A stretch of DNA of 64,000 nt from Actinomycetes bacterium (GTDB lineage Bacteria > Actinomycetota > Thermoleophilia > Solirubrobacterales > 70-9): contig BOKP01000001.1 in assembly GCA_016861045.1 (NCBI GenBank), forward strand, positions 187,529-251,528, written 5' to 3'. Made by a program: the position numbers and the translations under genes. Positions 58,745 through 64,000 of this stretch are shown one piece after another. The notes beneath the pieces are model-generated. The model was not told the origin of the DNA. It did not search any database and worked only from the letters and a program-made list of their open reading frames with translations. Every line of letters begins with the position of its first letter. Position 1 is the first letter of the stretch.

Positions 58745-60523
58745 ATGTTCGAGAAGGTCCTGATCGCCAACCGCGGCGAGATCGCGATCCGGGTGATCCG
58801 CACCCTGAAGGAGATGGGGATCGGCGCGATCGCCGTCTACTCGGAGGCCGACCGCGAGGCCCGGCACGTGCGCGAGGCCGACGAGGCCTACCTGCTCGGC
58901 CCGGCGGTCCCGGCCGAGAGCTACCTCGATATCGAGAGGATCCTCGCGGTCGCATCCGAGTCCGGCGCCGAGGCGATCCATCCCGGCTACGGCTTCCTCG
59001 CCGAGAACGCGGCGTTCGCCCGCGCGATCGGCGCGACCGACATCACCTGGATCGGCCCCCCGGCCGATGCGATCGAGGCGATGGGCTCGAAGACGAGGGC
59101 CCGCGAGATCATGCGGGCCGCCGGCGTCCCGATCGTCCCCGGCGCCACCGAGCCCTCCGCGACCGTCGAGGACGCGGCCGGGCTCGCGGAGGAGATCGGG
59201 TTCCCGGTCGCCTGCAAGGCGGCCGGAGGCGGCGGCGGCAAGGGCTTCCGGGTCGCGATGACGCCCGATGACCTCGCCGACGCCTTCGAGGGCGCCGCCC
59301 GCGAGGGCGAGAAGTTCTTCGGCGACGCCACCGTCTACCTCGAGCGCTACCTCGAGGATCCCCGCCACGTCGAGGTCCAGGTCCTCGCCGACGCCCACGG
59401 CAACGTGATCCACCTCGGCGAGCGCGACTGCTCGATCCAGCGCCGCCACCAGAAGCTGATCGAGGAGGCGCCGGCCCCGCACGTCGACGGGGAGATGCGG
59501 GCGCGGATCGGCAAGATCGCGACCGACGCCGCCGGGGCGGTCGACTACCGCGGCGCCGGCACGGTCGAGGGCATGCAGGTGGGGGAGGACTACTTCTTCC
59601 TCGAGATGAACACCCGCGTCCAGGTCGAGCATTGCGTGACCGAGATGGTCACCGGGATCGACATCGTCCGCGAGCAGGTCCGGATCGCCGCCGGCGAGCC
59701 GCTCTCGATCGCGCAGGACGGGGTCGAGATGCGCGGCCATTCGATCGAGTGCCGGATCAACGCCGAGGCGGCGCACAAGAAGTTCGCCCCGGCGCCGGGG
59801 CGGGTCGGCGCCTACCGCGAGCCCTCCGGCCCCGGCGTCCGCGTCGACTCCGGCCTCGAGGCCGGCGGCGAGGTGACCCCGCTGTACGACCCGATGGTGG
59901 CGAAGCTGATCGTCTGGGACGTCGATCGCGAGAAGGCGACGGCGCGGATGATCCGCGCGCTCGGCGAGTACCGGATCGACGGCCTGACGACCCTGATCCC
60001 CTTCCATGAGACGATCCTCGCGACCGAGCAGTGGGCCCGCGGGGAGACCTGCCGCGACCTGCTCGAGGATCCCGCGTGGATCAAGTCGCTGCCCGAGGCC
60101 TCCTCCGCTTCCGGTCCCGGGGTTCCGGGGACCGAGGCGGGCGATGAGGAGGCGCCGGAGCAGGTGACGCGCGAGTACAAGGTCGAGGTCGGCGGACGCC
60201 TCTTCCCGGTCAAGGTGATCGGCGTCGCCGCGAGCCCGAACGGCGCCGCGCCGGCGGCAGCGAGGCGCCCACCGCGCCGTGAGCGCAAGGCGGGCGGGGC
60301 GGCCGCCTCCGGCAACGACGTCGTCTCGCCGCTGCAGGGAAGCATCTTCAAGGTCGAGGTCGCCGAGGGGGACGAGGTCGCCGAGGGGGCCCTGCTCGTC
60401 GTCATCGAGGCGATGAAGATGGAGAACGAGATCACCGCCCACAAGGCGGGCAGGGTGAGCTCGCTCGCCGTCGAGGTCGGCGGGTCGATCAACACCGGCG
60501 ACCCGATCGCCACGATCGAGTAG
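58745..60523 (+). CDS. accA: Acetyl/propionyl-CoA carboxylase alpha subunit (biotin carboxylase + BCCP)
   Basis: KVLIANRGEIAIRVIRT, the ATP-grasp motifs, and the C-terminal biotinyl motif EAMKMENEI. Confidence 0.9.
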   Translation: MFEKVLIANRGEIAIRVIRTLKEMGIGAIAVYSEADREARHVREADEAYLLGPAVPAESYLDIERILAVASESGAEAIHPGYGFLAENAAFARAIGATDITWIGPPADAIEAMGSKTRAREIMRAAGVPIVPGATEPSATVEDAAGLAEEIGFPVACKAAGGGGGKGFRVAMTPDDLADAFEGAAREGEKFFGDATVYLERYLEDPRHVEVQVLADAHGNVIHLGERDCSIQRRHQKLIEEAPAPHVDGEMRARIGKIATDAAGAVDYRGAGTVEGMQVGEDYFFLEMNTRVQVEHCVTEMVTGIDIVREQVRIAAGEPLSIAQDGVEMRGHSIECRINAEAAHKKFAPAPGRVGAYREPSGPGVRVDSGLEAGGEVTPLYDPMVAKLIVWDVDREKATARMIRALGEYRIDGLTTLIPFHETILATEQWARGETCRDLLEDPAWIKSLPEASSASGPGVPGTEAGDEEAPEQVTREYKVEVGGRLFPVKVIGVAASPNGAAPAAARRPPRRERKAGGAAASGNDVVSPLQGSIFKVEVAEGDEVAEGALLVVIEAMKMENEITAHKAGRVSSLAVEVGGSINTGDPIATIE

Positions 60524-60528
60524 CCGGG

Positions 60529-60550
60529 GCGAGCGGCGACCTCCGCTCGC
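60529..60550 (+). terminator. Hairpin terminator candidate after accA
   Basis: GCGAGCGG-CGACCT-CCGCTCGC: a perfect 8-bp stem 6 nt after the stop codon, with no T tract. Confidence 0.4.
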
Positions 60551-60615
60551 ATGCGGGGACGCAATCCGTCGCTCACCGGTTGCCGAGCGCGCCTTCCGGG
60601 CTCTAGATTCCCGGC

Positions 60616-61533
60616 GTGGCCAAGGACCGGACCGCTGCCCTGAACGCGCTGCCGTGGCGTGGCCCGACCGAGGACCGCCCGGCTCTGCCGATCCCGCCCG
60701 CGAAGATGCCGGTCCGCCTCGCCGGGACCTGGCGCAAGCGCTGGCGCTACGTCGGCGCCTTCGGCGAGCAGGTGATGCTGTGCGCCGCCTCGGTCCGGAT
60801 CGGGCCGCTCGGGCAGACGTTCTGGGCGGTCCTCGACCGCCGCAGCGGCGAGCTGATCGAGAACACGAAGCAGCTCCTGCCCGCCCAGCGCGGCGAGGTC
60901 TGGACCGAGCGCGCCGGCGGCGAGATCTGGCGGCTCGGCGTCTCCGGCGAGCGGCTGCGGACGCGGATCGACGCCGACGAGGCGACCGCGAAGCTCAGCT
61001 TCGCCGAGACCGGCGTCTGGGCCGAGTCGGTCTGCCCGAACGGCGACGGCGCCTACGTCTGGACCCGCAAGCGCCCCTCCACGATCGACCTCGACCTCGA
61101 CCTCGGCGAGCGCGGCCGGGTTCGCGAGACCCTGCGCGGGATCGAGGACGAGTCGGCCGGATACCACCCCCGCCGCACCGAGTGGAGCTGGTCGGCCGGG
61201 GTCGGCACGGCGGCCGACGGTCGCAAGCTCGCCTGGAACCTGGTCGCCGGCGTCAACGACCCCGAGGCGGGCAGCGAGCGGGCGATCTGGATCGAGGGCG
61301 TCGACGAGCCGCGCGAGCCCGGCCAGGTCAGCTTCGACGGCCTCGAGGCGATCCGCTTCGCCGACGGCTCCCGCCTCGGCTTCGAGGCCGACGCCGAGCG
61401 CAGCGCCGAGCAGAGCCGGCTCGTCGTCCGCTACAGCTACCGGCAGCCGTTCGGCCGCTTCTCGGGCTCGCTCGACGGGATCGAGCTCGCCGAGGGGATC
61501 GGCGTGATGGAGCACCAGGACGCCGTCTGGTAG
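60616..61533 (+). CDS. Hypothetical protein, DUF2804-like
   Basis: 305-aa ORF. WRKRWRYVGAF...FWAVLDRRSG...SFDGLEAIRFADGS recalls DUF2804. The family call is from memory and has low certainty. Confidence 0.5.
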   Translation: MAKDRTAALNALPWRGPTEDRPALPIPPAKMPVRLAGTWRKRWRYVGAFGEQVMLCAASVRIGPLGQTFWAVLDRRSGELIENTKQLLPAQRGEVWTERAGGEIWRLGVSGERLRTRIDADEATAKLSFAETGVWAESVCPNGDGAYVWTRKRPSTIDLDLDLGERGRVRETLRGIEDESAGYHPRRTEWSWSAGVGTAADGRKLAWNLVAGVNDPEAGSERAIWIEGVDEPREPGQVSFDGLEAIRFADGSRLGFEADAERSAEQSRLVVRYSYRQPFGRFSGSLDGIELAEGIGVMEHQDAVW

Positions 61534-61626
61534 CCCCAAGCCCGCCGAGGCCGAGCCTTCCCTCCCCATCGGAGTGTTTCCTCGGTCTCCAGGGGGTCAC
61601 CGGCCGCGACCGGGCGGCGAGCTGGA

Positions 61627-62262
61627 TCAGCGTCCCCAGCTGCTCTTCACCTGCCCCCGCCAGGGAGGGTCCTCGCCGGCCGCGAAGCTGGCTTCATCGC
61701 GGCCGAGCAGGGTCTCGAGCGGGACCAGTGCCGGGCTTGCCGAGTCCAGCAACGGCGTCGTCGCGTAGCCGGACACCGTGTCCGCATCGACCGTCCGGCT
61801 GACCTGCTCCCACCCGATCGACGGCCGGTAGACCCAGTAGTCGATCGTCAGCGAGCCGGCCCCTCGGCGCTCGTCGCGGATCGAGGTGAAGGCGGTGATC
61901 AGCCGGTTCGACGTCGTCAGGCGTCCGTCCGCGGGCACCGCGCAGCCCGGCTGCCGGCAGCGGCGGTAGTCGACGCCGACGAGCGCGAGCCCGTCCGGTC
62001 CGACCCGGGCCTCGGGGGGCGGCGCGAGGGCGCGGACGGCGCCGGCCACCGAGCGGCCGTAGGCCTCGGTCAGCGGGTCCTGCCAGCAGGGGTCCGGGTA
62101 GCGGACCGCGCAGCGCTGCTTGAACGCGATCGCGCTCGCGAGGGCACCGTCGCGGCGCTCGGGCCCGGCGAGGGCGAGGGCGACGACCGCGCCGGCGACG
62201 AGCGCCGCCAGCAGCACCAGCGCCGCATGCTCGACGCTCGCCGATCCCCGCTCCCGGTCCAT
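61627..62262 (-). CDS. Hypothetical secreted/anchored protein with a TadE-like N-terminal motif
   Basis: Internal ATG at 62262. ERGSASVEHAALVLLAALVAGAVVAL resembles the TadE/TadG pseudopilin leader (ERG-x-AxVE-FAL). A Cys-containing C-terminal domain follows. Confidence 0.4.
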   Translation of the reverse strand: MDRERGSASVEHAALVLLAALVAGAVVALALAGPERRDGALASAIAFKQRCAVRYPDPCWQDPLTEAYGRSVAGAVRALAPPPEARVGPDGLALVGVDYRRCRQPGCAVPADGRLTTSNRLITAFTSIRDERRGAGSLTIDYWVYRPSIGWEQVSRTVDADTVSGYATTPLLDSASPALVPLETLLGRDEASFAAGEDPPWRGQVKSSWGR

Positions 62263-62384
62263 GCCGCGACCGTAGGCGCTGCCGGCATACGAGTGGCGCC
62301 GCTTTCGTGCCGGAGGATCACGCGCTGGGGTCGTTGCCGTGACTCGCGCCGCGGAGCGGCGACCCCCGAGACCGGCGCGATGCA

Positions 62385-62416
62385 GCCGGCGATCGGGATT
62401 GCGCCCGATCGCCGGC
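62385..62416. promoter_or_regulatory. Perfect 13-bp inverted repeat in a divergent intergenic region
   Basis: GCCGGCGATCGGG-ATTGCG-CCCGATCGCCGGC. It lies 78 nt upstream of the DUF2277 ATG and 123 nt upstream of the divergent gene. Confidence 0.4.
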
Positions 62417-62493
62417 CGGATCCCGGCCACTGCTCCTGCGAGCGGACGGCGGCGTCCTCGCCATCGGTGGATCGGGGTGGCTACGATCGGCTC

Positions 62494-62766
62494 ATGTGCC
62501 GGAACATCAGACAGCTCCACAACTTCGAGCCACCGGCGACGAGCGAGGAGGTCCACGACGCGTCCCTCCAGTACGTGCGCAAGATCAGCGGCTCGAACAG
62601 GCCGTCGAAGGCGAACGCCGAGGCGTTCGACCGGGCCGTGGCCGAGATCGCCGCGGCGACCCGGCGGCTGCTCGACGGGCTCGTGACAAAGGCGCCGCCG
62701 AAGGACCGTGAGGTCGAGGCGGCGAAGCGCCGGGCCCGAGCCGAGAAGCGCTTCGCCGCGGCCTGA
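62494..62766 (+). CDS. DUF2277-family protein
   Basis: MCRNIRQLHNFEPPATSEEVHDASLQYVRKISG is the highly conserved DUF2277 N-terminus. 90 aa. Confidence 0.7.
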   Translation: MCRNIRQLHNFEPPATSEEVHDASLQYVRKISGSNRPSKANAEAFDRAVAEIAAATRRLLDGLVTKAPPKDREVEAAKRRARAEKRFAAA

Positions 62767-62877
62767 CGCGCCCCGCGCCCGCGCTCTGACGGGGCCGGGA
62801 GGCCGCCGATCGGGGACGGCGGGGCGACAGGCCGGACGGGACCCGTGAGCCGGGCCGGAGGCCGAGCGCCCCGGCCG

Positions 62878-63144
62878 TCAGCTGAGGCCCTGGCGGGCTT
62901 CGGAGACGAGCGTGACGGCCTCCGGGAAGATCAGCCGGATCACGTCGCGGACCTGGCTCGCCTGCTCGTCGGTGCTGCCGCTGAGCTCGACCTGGCCGAT
63001 CGCGGCGACGGTCATCGATACCGCGAGCTGGATCGCCTGGTCGGCGAACGCGACCTTCTGCGCGCCCTGCATCGACTCGGCCAGCTCGCCGAGCCGGGCC
63101 TGGAGCTCGTCGGGATCGCCGAACATTCCGAAGCCGCCTTCCAT
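62878..63144 (-). CDS. Hypothetical small protein (weak YbaB/EbfC-like pattern)
   Basis: 88-aa ORF with coding-like G/C third-position bias. The resemblance to YbaB is only a loose pattern match. Confidence 0.35.
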   Translation of the reverse strand: MEGGFGMFGDPDELQARLGELAESMQGAQKVAFADQAIQLAVSMTVAAIGQVELSGSTDEQASQVRDVIRLIFPEAVTLVSEARQGLS

Positions 63145-63187
63145 CTCCGGACAGGATAGGGACTCGCCGTCGCCGGTCGAGAGCCGC

Positions 63188-63862
63188 TCAGCGGCGTGAG
63201 GGTCGCGCCGACACGGTCAGGACGCCGCCGCGGGCGAAGGCGGTCGCGAGCAGCTCGAGCGGGAGCGCGAGGATCGCCGCGGGCACCGCGACGAGGACGC
63301 TGACCAGCCAGTCGAGCCCGTAGAGAAAGCGCTCGCGCCCGCCCTCCGGCTTCGGCAGGCGCCCGGCCCGCCGGTTGCGGATGAAGTCGTCGCGGTAGGT
63401 GAACGCGTTGACCAGGGTCTGCCACATCAACCCGAAGGCGCGGTTCCGGAACGGCGTCCCGATCTCGGTCGCCTCGAGCCCGCGGCGGGCCAGCAGCTGC
63501 CGCAGCGATTCGGGCGTCACGTGGAGGCGCCGCACCCCGGGCTCGAGGCCCGCCCACTGCGCCCCGCCGAGGGCCGCCTGCCAGCTGCGCCGGTTCGGCG
63601 CGACGATCACGACCGGCCCTCCGGCTCCGGGCGCGATCAGCTCGTCGATCTCGGCGTCGGCGTCGGGCGGGTCGGGGCCGCGGGTGACCACCAGGCCGCA
63701 CTCCTCGCAGCGGTCGAGGACGATCTTGCGGCCGCGGTCGAGCGGATCGTGGGCGGCGGTCCATCCGTAGAGGGGCGAGCCGCAGGCCGGGCAGGGGTAA
63801 TGCGCGTCCCGCTGCTCCTCGGCCCGGGCCTTGCGGTCCCGCTTCGCTCCGCTCGCGCTCAT
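63188..63862 (-). CDS. Hypothetical zinc-ribbon protein with a C-terminal TM segment
   Basis: CPACGSPLY...CEECGL (four Cys) followed by a methyltransferase-C-terminal-like region without a visible SAM motif. The TM helix is LVSVLVAVPAAILALPLELL. Confidence 0.5.
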   Translation of the reverse strand: MSASGAKRDRKARAEEQRDAHYPCPACGSPLYGWTAAHDPLDRGRKIVLDRCEECGLVVTRGPDPPDADAEIDELIAPGAGGPVVIVAPNRRSWQAALGGAQWAGLEPGVRRLHVTPESLRQLLARRGLEATEIGTPFRNRAFGLMWQTLVNAFTYRDDFIRNRRAGRLPKPEGGRERFLYGLDWLVSVLVAVPAAILALPLELLATAFARGGVLTVSARPSRR

Positions 63863-63937
63863 CGCCGCCGGATGCTAGATCCAGGCACGGGCGGCCGGCC
63901 CGCCGCCCGGCCCCGGTCGGATAGCTTGAAGCGCCCG

Positions 63938-64000
63938 TGGCCCCGCTGACGCCCGCCCAGATCGCCAGGCGCGACCGGATCGAGTCGCTGATCGGCCTCG
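63938..64000 (+). CDS. Start of an unidentified ORF running off the right edge
   Basis: GTG at 63938 followed by 20 codons that all end in G/C (VAPLTPAQIARRDRIESLIGL). It is too short to name. Confidence 0.25.

Overview
This is a very GC-rich bacterial chromosomal segment. By eye it is above 70% G+C and codon third positions are almost all G/C; I did not compute this. The gene content includes rpsF-ssb-rpsR-rplI-dnaB, NfeD-stomatin, an OmpR-type two-component system with HtrA, an acyl-CoA carboxylase alpha subunit, L,D-transpeptidase and trehalose-6-P synthase. This suggests Actinomycetota, possibly a Thermoleophilia-like lineage, but that is inference only. I can support about 60 protein genes, one tRNA-Arg(CCU), several short repeat families and a few hairpins. 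I saw no rRNA, CRISPR array, transposase or integrase. Most of the window is housekeeping: ftsH, rarA, ccmABCD fused to hemA-hemC-cobA/hemD, birA, pyrE, thiL, otsA, ribosomal proteins, dnaB, purA and accA. I did not find a convincing self-contained novel multi-gene system such as a defence island. The observations most worth a second look are these. (1) dnaB carries a 300-aa intein with a decayed endonuclease core, and a DnaC/IstB-like AAA+ gene with a zinc-knot N-terminus is translationally coupled to it. (2) A ccmABCD-only heme-export module is fused into one overlapping operon with early tetrapyrrole synthesis. (3) A ~50-nt palindromic interspersed element occurs three times, and three genes have their 3' ends tandemly duplicated downstream (23-bp x4, 79-bp x3, 27-bp x2). 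(4) There is a secreted six-blade YWTD-type propeller protein and a secreted array of two-Cys Ig-like modules, with a copy of that module 22 kb away. (5) A GGDEF-EAL protein ends in a B12-binding 'cap' bundle with no B12 Rossmann domain. (6) A 63-aa FlgM-like ORF sits behind a sigma-28-type promoter match. (7) Two conserved genes (hemC, galT-like) lack any canonical start codon but have a CTG overlapping the upstream stop (CTGA). Many very long ORFs in the supplied track are antisense or out-of-frame GC artefacts and are rejected.
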